This document shows, piece after piece, positions 8,845 through 17,027 of a stretch of 37,029 nucleotides of DNA. Position 1 is the first letter of the stretch, and each line of letters starts with the position of its first letter. Below the pieces are notes generated by a model that searched no databases, had not been told where the DNA came from, and saw nothing but the letters and a program-made list of their open reading frames with translations. The DNA is taken from NCBI GenBank assembly GCA_947625925.1, contig CANQQC010000002.1, positions 1-37,029 of the forward strand. Direction: 5' to 3'. The position numbers and the translations under genes were made by a program. This DNA comes from an uncultured Clostridia bacterium. GTDB lineage: Bacteria; Bacillota; Clostridia; TANB77; CAG-508.

Positions 8845-9756
8845 ATGCCAAGAAAAACAAAAGAACAAAAAGAATTAGAAGAAAAAAAAGAAGTTAAAAA
8901 GAAAGTAACATCAGAAAAGCCAAAAAAATCAGTAGCTAAAAAAGCGTCTACTGCAACTAAAAAGACTACTGCTAAAAAAACTACTACAACAAAAAAATCT
9001 GCTACTAAAAAAACTACAACAACTACTAAAAAGGTTGCTTCTAAATCAACCACTAAAAAAGTAGCAACTAAAAAACCAACTACTACAAAGAAAAAAACTG
9101 CTACTTCTAAGAAATCATCTACTAAATCAAAAAAAGAAACTCTTATAGATAAATCTTTAGAAGTTACTGAATATTATGATTTACCATATAAATATAATCA
9201 GACTGTAGTAAAAATATTGGCTCAAACTCCAAACACTTTATTTGTTTATTGGGAAATTTCTGATGAAGATATAGAGAATTATAAAAAACAATATGGTGAT
9301 AATTTCTTTGAAATTACTCGACCTGTTTTAATTGTTCATAATGTTACTTTGGATTATTACTTTGAAATAGAAATAAATGATTTTGCAAATAGCTGGTATT
9401 TAAAAGTTAATAATACAAAATGTGAATATAAAATTGAGCTTGGTAGACGTCCTATTAATAATGATTTCAACGAGAAGTTTGAAAACAACTATATATATGT
9501 TGCTTCTTCAAATAAAATAGAATCTCCTAATGATCATATTTTAATAAATGACTTACCAAATATCATTAAATTTAGAAATGTTAAAACTAATCAAGAATAT
9601 TTTAGAAAAATATCTGAATTAGCTATAAGTAAAAACATAAATAAAATGTATGATTTATATAAATTGATCTATCAAGATGAAAATATTGATGATTTAACAA
9701 ATCCATCTTCAGGAGGAAATCCTTCTTCTGGTACTTTTTCATCAACATTTAAGTAA
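8845..9756 (+). CDS. DUF4912-like protein with an N-terminal Lys/Thr-rich low-complexity tail
   Basis: GGAGG RBS at 8833-8837 favours ATG 8845 (MPRKTKEQ) over the ORF-track start 8824. The C-terminal half (YDLPYKYNQTVVKILAQTPNTLFVYWEISDEDIE) resembles DUF4912, the family usually encoded next to GH57 genes. Confidence 0.6.
   Translation: MPRKTKEQKELEEKKEVKKKVTSEKPKKSVAKKASTATKKTTAKKTTTTKKSATKKTTTTTKKVASKSTTKKVATKKPTTTKKKTATSKKSSTKSKKETLIDKSLEVTEYYDLPYKYNQTVVKILAQTPNTLFVYWEISDEDIENYKKQYGDNFFEITRPVLIVHNVTLDYYFEIEINDFANSWYLKVNNTKCEYKIELGRRPINNDFNEKFENNYIYVASSNKIESPNDHILINDLPNIIKFRNVKTNQEYFRKISELAISKNINKMYDLYKLIYQDENIDDLTNPSSGGNPSSGTFSSTFK
8848..9138 (+). repeat. Cryptic low-complexity coding repeat (AAA/ACT-rich; KKxT(n) units) with many A6-A8 tracts
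   Basis: It encodes ...KKASTATKKTTAKKTTTTKKSATKKTTTTTKKVASKSTTKKVATKKPTTTKKKTATSKKSSTKSKK. There is an A8 at 8882-8889 and at least five A7 tracts, for example 8922-8928 and 8974-8980. Confidence 0.8.
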
Positions 9757-9782
9757 ATTACTAAAAACAAAGGAGAAAAATA

Positions 9783-11372
9783 ATGCAAACTAAAAAAGGT
9801 TATGTAAGCTTTGTACTTCATGCTCATCTTCCCTTTATACATCATCCTGAAAGTGACGATTATTTAGAAGAATCTTGGCTTTATGAGGCTATTTCAGAAA
9901 CATATATACCTTTACTTAATAATTTTCAAAAACTAGTAGATGAAAAAGTTGATTTTCGTATTACAATGTCTATGACACCACCACTATTATCTATGTTAGA
10001 CAATAAATTATTACAAAAAAAGTATATAAATTATTTAAATAAATTGATTGAACTTTCAAAAAAAGAGATAAAAAGAACAGCTGGAGATGAGCGATTAAAT
10101 AAACTATCTAAATATTATTATGATCGTTATTCTAATGATTTACATGTTTTTAAGGATGTATATAATTGTAATTTAATAAATGCTTTTAAACATTTTCAAG
10201 ATATTGGTGTTTTGGAAATTATCACATGTGGTGCAACACATGGATATTTTCCTATTTTATATGTCAATGAAAAAACTATTAGAGCTCAAATTGCTGTTGG
10301 AGTTCAAACATATGAAAGATATTTTGGAAGAAAGCCTCGTGGTATTTGGCTACCTGAATGTGGATATGTTCCAGAATCAGACAAATATTTAAAAGAATTT
10401 GGTATAGAATATATTATAACAGAATCACATGGAATTTTATATGCAGATCCAACTCCTATTTACGGTACTTTTGCCCCTATCGTTTCACCTGAAGGAGTCA
10501 TAGCATTTGGACGTGATATTGAATCTTCTAGACAAGTTTGGAGTTCAATAAATGGATATCCAGGTGATTTCAATTATAGAGAATTTTATCGTGATATTGG
10601 TTATGATGCAGATTATGATTATATAAAACCATATATTGCTCATAATGGAGTACGTGTACATACTGGTATAAAATATTATAGAATAACTGGAAAATCAGAA
10701 TTTAAAGATTATTATAATCCTCAATGGGCAAAAGATTCTGCTCATATGCAAGCAGGACATTTTTTAGATTCTAGAAATGCACAAATAGAAAATTTATCAA
10801 ATAATATGGATACTCCCCCTATCATTTTATGTCCTTATGATGCTGAGTTGTATGGTCATTGGTGGTATGAAGGTCCATATTGGTTATATATTTTATTTAA
10901 AAAAATATATTATGATGATTGTAATTTTCAATTAATAACACCATCAGAATACATTGATCGTTATCCAAATATGCAAGTTTCATCACCTTGTCGATCTAGT
11001 TGGGGTGCAAATGGATATAGTGAAGTATGGTTAAATCAAACAAATGACTATGTTCATAAACATCTTCATGTTGCTGGAGATAGAATGTGTGAATTAGCTT
11101 GGATGTTTCCTGATGAAAATGAGGGTATAAAAAAAGAAGCTTTAAATCAAGCAGCTCGTGAATTATTACTGGCTCAAAGTAGTGATTGGCTATTTATTAT
11201 AACTAATGGAACAATGGTTGATTATGCTAAAAAAAGAATTAAGGATCATATTGGTAGATTTACAAAATTATATAATCAAATCAAATCTGACACTATAGAT
11301 GAAAAATTTTTAAAAGATATTCAGAAAAAAGATTGTTTATTTCCTGATATCGACTATAGAATATATAGATAA
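9783..11372 (+). CDS. Glycoside hydrolase family 57 protein (1,4-alpha-glucan branching-enzyme type, DUF1957-containing)
   Basis: YVSFVLHAHLPFIHHPE, RGIWLPECGY and CPYDAELYGHWWYEGPYWL match the GH57 branching-enzyme signatures. RBS AAAGGAGA. Confidence 0.85.
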   Translation: MQTKKGYVSFVLHAHLPFIHHPESDDYLEESWLYEAISETYIPLLNNFQKLVDEKVDFRITMSMTPPLLSMLDNKLLQKKYINYLNKLIELSKKEIKRTAGDERLNKLSKYYYDRYSNDLHVFKDVYNCNLINAFKHFQDIGVLEIITCGATHGYFPILYVNEKTIRAQIAVGVQTYERYFGRKPRGIWLPECGYVPESDKYLKEFGIEYIITESHGILYADPTPIYGTFAPIVSPEGVIAFGRDIESSRQVWSSINGYPGDFNYREFYRDIGYDADYDYIKPYIAHNGVRVHTGIKYYRITGKSEFKDYYNPQWAKDSAHMQAGHFLDSRNAQIENLSNNMDTPPIILCPYDAELYGHWWYEGPYWLYILFKKIYYDDCNFQLITPSEYIDRYPNMQVSSPCRSSWGANGYSEVWLNQTNDYVHKHLHVAGDRMCELAWMFPDENEGIKKEALNQAARELLLAQSSDWLFIITNGTMVDYAKKRIKDHIGRFTKLYNQIKSDTIDEKFLKDIQKKDCLFPDIDYRIYR

Positions 11373-11401
11373 AAAATGGATTTAAAATCCATTTTTTTTT
11401 G
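11371..11401 (+). terminator. Rho-independent terminator after the GH57 gene
   Basis: AAAAAATGGAT-ttaaa-ATCCATTTTTTTTT overlaps the stop codon. Confidence 0.7.
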
Positions 11402-11547
11402 ATATTTTTCTCTTTTCTTTATTATTTCATTTTCAAAATTCCAAAATATAAAACAAGTTACCTTTTTATACTATTAGCATATTATAATGTATAACTTTTA
11501 AAAATTTAGTAGATACTAGTTTTATTAAGAAAGGAGAATTTTCGTCT

Positions 11548-12414
11548 ATGAAGTCATTATGTATAAAAACAAACAATACAAAATTACTAGATTATCTACT
11601 AAATGAACTTAGAAGCTTAGAAATCAAAAATGTTTGTTTTACTGTAAAAAAATTTAGACATTATAAAAATATAATTATACATTATAATGGAAAAGACCTA
11701 GCTAGTTTTTATTCAGTTATTAGTAATATATTATCCTTTTTGGTAATTGATGAATTAGAAGAAAGTTTTCTAAAAAAAAATATAATTCATAATTATTTTT
11801 ATTTTGATTCTAATGAAAGAAAACAAATATTAAATCTTTGTTATGATTTACTTGCCGAAGATTTCACAAATTTATTTAATAAAAAATTTAATGCTTTGTA
11901 TAATAATTTTTTATTATATATCTCTTCACACAAATCAATTGTTTTAAGTGGATTTATAAATTTTAGACTTCAAAATTATTTATCTATATTAGATGATATT
12001 GTTGGAGAAGCTGTAAATTCTTTTATAATTGAAAAAGAATATCTAGAATTTATTTCTTTACTAAAACTATATATCAATTCTCAAACTTCACAATGTAATA
12101 TTGTTCATTTAATCTACTCTTCATCTAATTCAATTCTATTGGATGAAAACAAACAAATAATTGAAGATTCTAAAGATATTTTTGAAGCAAAATATTTAAG
12201 TGATATATCATTTTCTTCTAATGATTATACATTAAATACATTACTTAGTTTATTACCTAAAAAAATTCATATACATTTAATAGATGATTATATGGATGAA
12301 TTTATAGATACTCTGCAAACAATATTTGAAAATAAAGTTTTTATATGTAAAGATTGTGATATATGTAGGATATATAAAAATCCAAAACGCTCTTTATTTA
12401 AAAATAAAAGATAA
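11548..12414 (+). CDS. ytxC: YtxC-like sporulation-associated protein
   Basis: GFINFRLQNYLSILDDIVGEAVNSFIIEKEYLEFISLLKLYI resembles the YtxC-family core as I remember it. The 288-aa size fits. RBS AAAGGAGA. Confidence 0.6.
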   Translation: MKSLCIKTNNTKLLDYLLNELRSLEIKNVCFTVKKFRHYKNIIIHYNGKDLASFYSVISNILSFLVIDELEESFLKKNIIHNYFYFDSNERKQILNLCYDLLAEDFTNLFNKKFNALYNNFLLYISSHKSIVLSGFINFRLQNYLSILDDIVGEAVNSFIIEKEYLEFISLLKLYINSQTSQCNIVHLIYSSSNSILLDENKQIIEDSKDIFEAKYLSDISFSSNDYTLNTLLSLLPKKIHIHLIDDYMDEFIDTLQTIFENKVFICKDCDICRIYKNPKRSLFKNKR

Positions 12415-12441
12415 TCAATTTTAAATTGATTATCTTTTATT
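12408..12441 (+). terminator. Rho-independent terminator after ytxC
   Basis: AAGATAATCAAT-tttaa-ATTGATTATCTT followed by TTATTT. The stem includes the stop codon. Confidence 0.65.
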
Positions 12442-12489
12442 TCAACAAGAAAATATCTTGTTGATTGTAGATTGATAAACTTTAATAAG

Positions 12490-12984
12490 TTATTTGTTTA
12501 GCTCTATTACTTTTAAATTATCTTTTTTGATTGACCTTTCCATTTCTTCTTGTAACCAATCAGGAATTTCTTCACCTTTTAGTTCTTTACCAAGGCTTTT
12601 TACAATATTTTCTATTCTACAACTACCATATGCATCCATATTTACTACAAGATATCTAGAATAATTTTCTTTAACTATTCCTTCTATGACTTTTTTACTT
12701 AATCCTCTTTTTTTAATTTCAGGATTAAATATTAATAAATCTAAATATGTTGCACTATAATATTTGTCAGCAATAGCAAAGCCTTTAATACAATTACCAT
12801 ATATTTCTTTAACAATAGCAATTTCTCTATTTGGATCTTTCCAAATTATATAATTTAATTCTTCTTCTGTTAATTGGTACATTGTACAACTTACGATTTC
12901 CATTAGTCTTTTTATAAGGATATCTTTTCTAAAATAACCTCTACTACTCCCAATAAATAACGATAATTCTTGTGTTAATTTCAT
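12490..12984 (-). CDS. Hypothetical protein, possibly a GNAT-fold acetyltransferase
   Basis: 164 aa. GFAIADKYYSATYLDLLIFNPEIKKRGLSKKVIEGIV loosely resembles the GNAT beta4-alpha3 acetyl-CoA loop (R/Q-x-x-G-x-G/A). This is a weak call. Confidence 0.3.
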   Translation of the reverse strand: MKLTQELSLFIGSSRGYFRKDILIKRLMEIVSCTMYQLTEEELNYIIWKDPNREIAIVKEIYGNCIKGFAIADKYYSATYLDLLIFNPEIKKRGLSKKVIEGIVKENYSRYLVVNMDAYGSCRIENIVKSLGKELKGEEIPDWLQEEMERSIKKDNLKVIELNK

Positions 12985-13062
12985 TTTGAAAGTACCTCAT
13001 ATAATGTTATGAATCTAAATATAGCCAAACAACTATCAATCATCACTAAAAAAGCTAATTTA

Positions 13063-13091
13063 ATTATATCACTTTTGGTAAATTATGTCAA
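13063..13091 (-). promoter_or_regulatory. Consensus sigma-A promoter for the 164-aa gene
   Basis: Minus strand reads TTGACA (13086-13091), a 17-nt spacer ending in TGa, then TATAAT (13063-13068). Both hexamers are perfect and an extended -10 is present. The leader is about 70 nt. Confidence 0.65.
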
Positions 13092-13109
13092 CAAAATTGT
13101 TTGTTCTAC

Positions 13110-14061
13110 CTACTGTAAACTCATATTTATTCCTCTTGCCACAACAGAACTCATATTAATAATTAAGTCATCTATTTCTTTTGGTGTAACAATCATATTA
13201 TAGTCATTTGGTAACAAAGCTTCTTTTATTGCATCATAATTATCTTCCTCTTTTAATTTGTTTAAATATGAATTTGATTCTCCTTTTTCCTGAAGTTTAT
13301 TTATAAAAATATCTAAACAATCATCAGTAATAGTTGCTAAATCTACAACTGTTGGTACTCCGAATAGCAATCACAGGAACTTTTAAATTCTTTATACTAA
13401 TTTCACTTCTTTTATTTCCAACCCCTGCTCCTGGTACTATTCCCGTATCAGATAATTGAATTGTTTTACTTATTCTATTGATATTTCTTGATGCTAATGC
13501 ATCTATAACAATTACAAGCTTAGGCCTAATATTATCAACAATTCCTTTTAAAATTTCAACTGTTTCAATTCCTGTAGTCCCTAAAACTCCTGGTGATATT
13601 GCACTAACTGATCTTGTATCTTTATCTAAATATTGTGGCATATATTGTAGTATATGTCTTGTAACATCAATATCAGATACAACCTTTGGTCCAAGAGCAT
13701 CTGGTGTTACATATTCATTTCCCAATCCCACAACCAATATCTCAGATTTAGCATCTATATGTTTTTTTATTAGCTCCTTTATCTCTTTAGATAAACAAGT
13801 TGCGGCCTCTTCAATTTCTTCATCTTGTGCTATTTTTAAATTATCAATATCAATTGTTATATAAACTCCTTTTGGTTTTCCTAGTATATTTTCTCCATTT
13901 TCATCAAGTATTTCAACTTTAGTCTTTTTTATATGGTCATTATATTTTTCTTCTTCAGATTTTACCCCTTGTGTATCTTGCATATTATTTGCTTTTTTAT
14001 AAATATCTCTTCTCTCATCTGCCAAATCTGTTCTAAAATTTAATTTTTTATTATAAGACAT
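13110..14061 (-). pseudogene. gpr: Spore germination protease GPR, split by a +1 frameshift
   Basis: ORF 13324-14061 carries the N-terminal two thirds (NFRTDLADERRD, VVGLGNEYVTPDALGPKV, ISPGVLGTTGIET, VIDALAS). ORF 13110-13370 carries the C-terminus (GVPTVVDLATI...EIDDLIINMSSVVARGINMSL). At the junction the coding strand reads GCT ATT C GGA GTA CCA; removing the C (G at about 13362 on +) restores VPVIAIGVPTVVD. Confidence 0.8.
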
Positions 14062-14117
14062 AAAAAAACCTCACTTTCTACTTGTATTTTTTGTAAAAAA
14101 TGAGATTTTTATTCATA

Positions 14118-15791
14118 TTAGAATATTCCTTCTATTTCTCCTTTTTCATTTATATCTACACCTTCTGCTGCAGGTACTTTTGGCAATCCTGGCATAGTTA
14201 ACATATTTCCAGCAATTGCAACTATAAATTCGGCTCCAGTTTTTAAAATGATTTCTCTTATATGTATATCATAATCTCCTTTTGCTTCTAGATTATTCAA
14301 GTCATCTGATAAAGAATATTGAGTTTTAGCAATACAGATAGGAAAGTCTCCATATCCCAATTTTTTAATTTTTTCTATTTCTGCTTTTGCTTCATCAGAA
14401 TATTTAACACCTTTTGCACCATATATTTCTTTTGCAATTTTTTCGATTTTTTCTTCTATACTATCTTCTAATTCATATAGATATTTAAATTCATTAGATG
14501 AGTTTTTATTTTCTTCTATAGCTTTAACTAATGTATTAGCTATATCTGTAGCACCTTCGCCACCTTTTCCCCATCCTTCAACTAATTCCATTTTTATATT
14601 CTTTTCATCTAATTTAGTTTTCAAAAATTCAAGTTCCTCATCTGTATCAGTATTGTATCTATTTAAAGCTACAACAACAGGAAGTCCATATTTATTTGCT
14701 AAATTATTATGATGGTGATATAGATTACTTAAACCTCTTTCTAGTCCTTCAAGATTAGGTTCTAATATATTTTCTTTATTTACTCCTCCATGATATTTTA
14801 ATGCTTTTATTGTTGCTACAATAACGACCGCACTTGGTTTTATATTTGCCTTTCTACATTTAATATCTAAAAATTTTTCAGCTCCTAAATCTGCTCCAAA
14901 ACCAGCTTCCGTTACAACATAATCTGATACTTTTAATGCAAGTTTTGTTGCACTAATACTATTACATCCATGAGCAATATTTGCAAATGGTCCTCCATGT
15001 ATTATTGCTGGAGTTTTTTCTAATGTTTGAACTAAGTTAGGATTAAATGCATCTTTTAGAAGAGCTGCCATTGCTCCTTGAGCTTTTAAATCCTTTGCAA
15101 ATACAGGTTCATCATCTTCATTATATCCTATTATAATATTTCCTAATCTTCTCTTTAAGTCATTTAAATCTTCTGCTAAACAAAGAACAGCCATTACTTC
15201 AGAAGCAACTGTTATATCAAATCCATCCATTCTAGGTTTAGTTCTCTTTTCTCCTGACAGACCAGTTTCTACTTTTCTCAATTGCCTATCATTTAAATCT
15301 ACACATCTTTTCCAAATTACTTTTTTTATTTTAAGATCATTACCAAAGAATATATGATTATCAATCATTGCAGATAGTAGATTGTTTGCTGCAGTAATTG
15401 CATGAATATCTCCTGTAAAATGTAAATTTATATCTTCCATTGGTGCAACTTGTACTTTTCCACCACCTGTAGCTCCACCTTTTATACCAAAAACAGGTCC
15501 AAGAGATGGCTCTCTTAAAGCTAATACTGATTTTTTTCCAATTCTTGAAAGAGCATCTGCTATTGCAATAGATACAGTAGTTTTCCCTTCTCCCAAACTT
15601 GTTGGGTTAATTGCTGTTACTAATATTATGTTTCCATCAGGTTCATCCTTTAACCTTTCAAAAACTCCTCTTGATATTTTAGCTTTGAATTTTCCATATT
15701 GTTCAATGTCTTCTTCATCAATTCCTAACTTTTTAGCAATTACATCAATTTTTTCTAATTTTGTATTTCTTGCAATTTCAATATCTGTCAT
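14118..15791 (-). CDS. fhs: Formate--tetrahydrofolate ligase
   Basis: MTDIEIARNTKLEKIDVIAKKLGI, INPTSLGEGKTTVSIA, HGGPFANIAHGCNS and the 557-aa length. RBS AAAGGAGGAG. Confidence 0.95.
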   Translation of the reverse strand: MTDIEIARNTKLEKIDVIAKKLGIDEEDIEQYGKFKAKISRGVFERLKDEPDGNIILVTAINPTSLGEGKTTVSIAIADALSRIGKKSVLALREPSLGPVFGIKGGATGGGKVQVAPMEDINLHFTGDIHAITAANNLLSAMIDNHIFFGNDLKIKKVIWKRCVDLNDRQLRKVETGLSGEKRTKPRMDGFDITVASEVMAVLCLAEDLNDLKRRLGNIIIGYNEDDEPVFAKDLKAQGAMAALLKDAFNPNLVQTLEKTPAIIHGGPFANIAHGCNSISATKLALKVSDYVVTEAGFGADLGAEKFLDIKCRKANIKPSAVVIVATIKALKYHGGVNKENILEPNLEGLERGLSNLYHHHNNLANKYGLPVVVALNRYNTDTDEELEFLKTKLDEKNIKMELVEGWGKGGEGATDIANTLVKAIEENKNSSNEFKYLYELEDSIEEKIEKIAKEIYGAKGVKYSDEAKAEIEKIKKLGYGDFPICIAKTQYSLSDDLNNLEAKGDYDIHIREIILKTGAEFIVAIAGNMLTMPGLPKVPAAEGVDINEKGEIEGIF

Positions 15792-15832
15792 TTAGTGCTC
15801 CTCCTTTTTATATTTTATATATTTTTACTGAG

Positions 15833-16273
15833 CTAACATAAAAGCCCAGCTATTAAACCTATTAGTGCTCCTACTATTACTTGTAGTGGTGTATGACCTA
15901 GCACTTCCACTAATCTCTCAGATACTTCCATTCCTGTTAATCCTGGTGTTTCTATTATTTTATTTAACATTGCAGCCTGTTTTCCAGCAGCTCTTCTAAC
16001 TCCAGCAGCATCATACATTACGATAAAAGCCAACGCTAAAGTTGCGGCAAATATTGGGCTATCAACACCTTCATATTTTCCCATTAAAGTTGCTAAACTC
16101 ACTACAACTGCAGAATGAGAACTGGGCATTCCTCCTGCTCCCATTATCCTTTTAAAATTAAATTTTTTCGTTGTAATTAAATCATATAAAACTTTAAATA
16201 ATTGTATGCCAAACCATAATAAAAACGGCACTGCAATAAATTTGTTATGTATAAAGCTATCAAATCTATTCAT
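15833..16273 (-). CDS. Divergent PAP2 family membrane protein (DUF212, acid phosphatase/haloperoxidase-related)
   Basis: GAGGMPSSHSAVVVSLA and DAAGVRRAAGKQA ... LGHTPLQV motifs. 146-aa polytopic protein. Confidence 0.85.
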   Translation of the reverse strand: MNRFDSFIHNKFIAVPFLLWFGIQLFKVLYDLITTKKFNFKRIMGAGGMPSSHSAVVVSLATLMGKYEGVDSPIFAATLALAFIVMYDAAGVRRAAGKQAAMLNKIIETPGLTGMEVSERLVEVLGHTPLQVIVGALIGLIAGLLC

Positions 16274-16292
16274 ATGTTATCTTGTTTCCTTC

Positions 16293-16514
16293 CTATTCCT
16301 CAAAATCTATCTCTTCTATTTCTTCATTATTGTCTTGATCTTGTAATAAAATTGTTACTTTTTTTTCAGCATTTTCTAATATTTCATTACATTTTTTTGA
16401 TATATTTATTCCTTCTTCAAATTTTTTCACAGATTGATCTAAATTTAATTTTCCTTCTTCCAATTCTTTTACAATGTTTTCTAAGTTTTCCATGTTTTCT
16501 TCAAAATTATCCAT
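16293..16514 (-). CDS. xseB: Exodeoxyribonuclease VII small subunit
   Basis: FEENMENLENIVKELEEGKLNLDQSVKKFEEGINISKKCNEILENAEKKV is the typical XseB helical hairpin. 73 aa. Confidence 0.85.
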   Translation of the reverse strand: MDNFEENMENLENIVKELEEGKLNLDQSVKKFEEGINISKKCNEILENAEKKVTILLQDQDNNEEIEEIDFEE

Positions 16515-16532
16515 TTACTTCTCCTATCTTAA

Positions 16533-17009
16533 TTATTGTTCTGTAACTTCCTCAGTTTCAACATTTACTTCATAAAACATTACTATTCTTGTTGTTTGTA
16601 ATTCTCTTACTGCAATAATATATTTATTTTCTTCACTACTTTCAACTGTATAATAGATATCTTCATCATCATCTTGATTTTGATTCTCTCTATATTTTTT
16701 TGCTAATTCAATAGCTTTATTTTCATCATCAGTTGCTTCTTCAATTAAATCTTCTTGAGTTGTATCTATAACAGATGTATCAACTTCTTTATTTTCTTCT
16801 GTAGTTTCATTTTCTTCAAAATTTCCCTCATCATAGACTTCATCATTTAACTGAGCTTCCTGCTCATCTATAATATTTTCTACTTCTTTTTTATTTTTGT
16901 TTTTGTTTTGTACTATAAAAGCTATTGTAGCAATAATTGCCATAACAATAATAGTACTCACTATAATTATATAAATTTTTTTACTATTATCTTTTTTATA
17001 TCTTGACAT
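16533..17009 (-). CDS. Hypothetical membrane-anchored acidic protein (158 aa)
   Basis: RBS GAGAGGA. It has one N-terminal TM (IYIIIVSTIIVMAIIATIAFIV), a Glu/Asp-rich linker, and a short C-terminal beta-rich domain (YYTVESSEENKYIIAVRELQTTRIVMFYEVN). Confidence 0.55.
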   Translation of the reverse strand: MSRYKKDNSKKIYIIIVSTIIVMAIIATIAFIVQNKNKNKKEVENIIDEQEAQLNDEVYDEGNFEENETTEENKEVDTSVIDTTQEDLIEEATDDENKAIELAKKYRENQNQDDDEDIYYTVESSEENKYIIAVRELQTTRIVMFYEVNVETEEVTEQ

Positions 17010-17027
17010 TTTAATTCCTCTCTTTCT

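Noticed and set aside
8784-9053. 89-aa minus-strand ORF (Val/Phe-rich) antisense to the start of the DUF4912 gene
   Set aside because: It is the reverse complement of the AAA/ACT low-complexity Lys/Thr tract (TTT/AGT codons). It has no RBS, and the sense gene has a clear RBS and a recognisable C-terminal domain. It is a shadow ORF.
12443-12463. Second hairpin CAACAAGA-aaata-TCTTGTTG between ytxC and the 164-aa gene, as a possible terminator for the minus-strand gene
   Set aside because: On the minus strand it is not followed by a U-run (GAAATAAAAG). It may contribute to bidirectional termination together with the ytxC terminator, but I cannot support it as an independent feature.
13009-13203. 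64-aa plus-strand ORF spanning the gpr 3' end and the 164-aa gene's promoter region
   Set aside because: It overlaps the C-terminal gpr coding frame and a consensus minus-strand promoter. It has no RBS and is spurious.
14062-14117. Forespore sigma-F/G type promoter upstream of gpr (GAATA ... CAAAAAATA)
   Set aside because: The -10 lacks the CAT core and the spacing is off from the consensus I recall (G-H-A-T-R, 17-18 nt, CATnnTA). The match is too weak to call from sequence alone.
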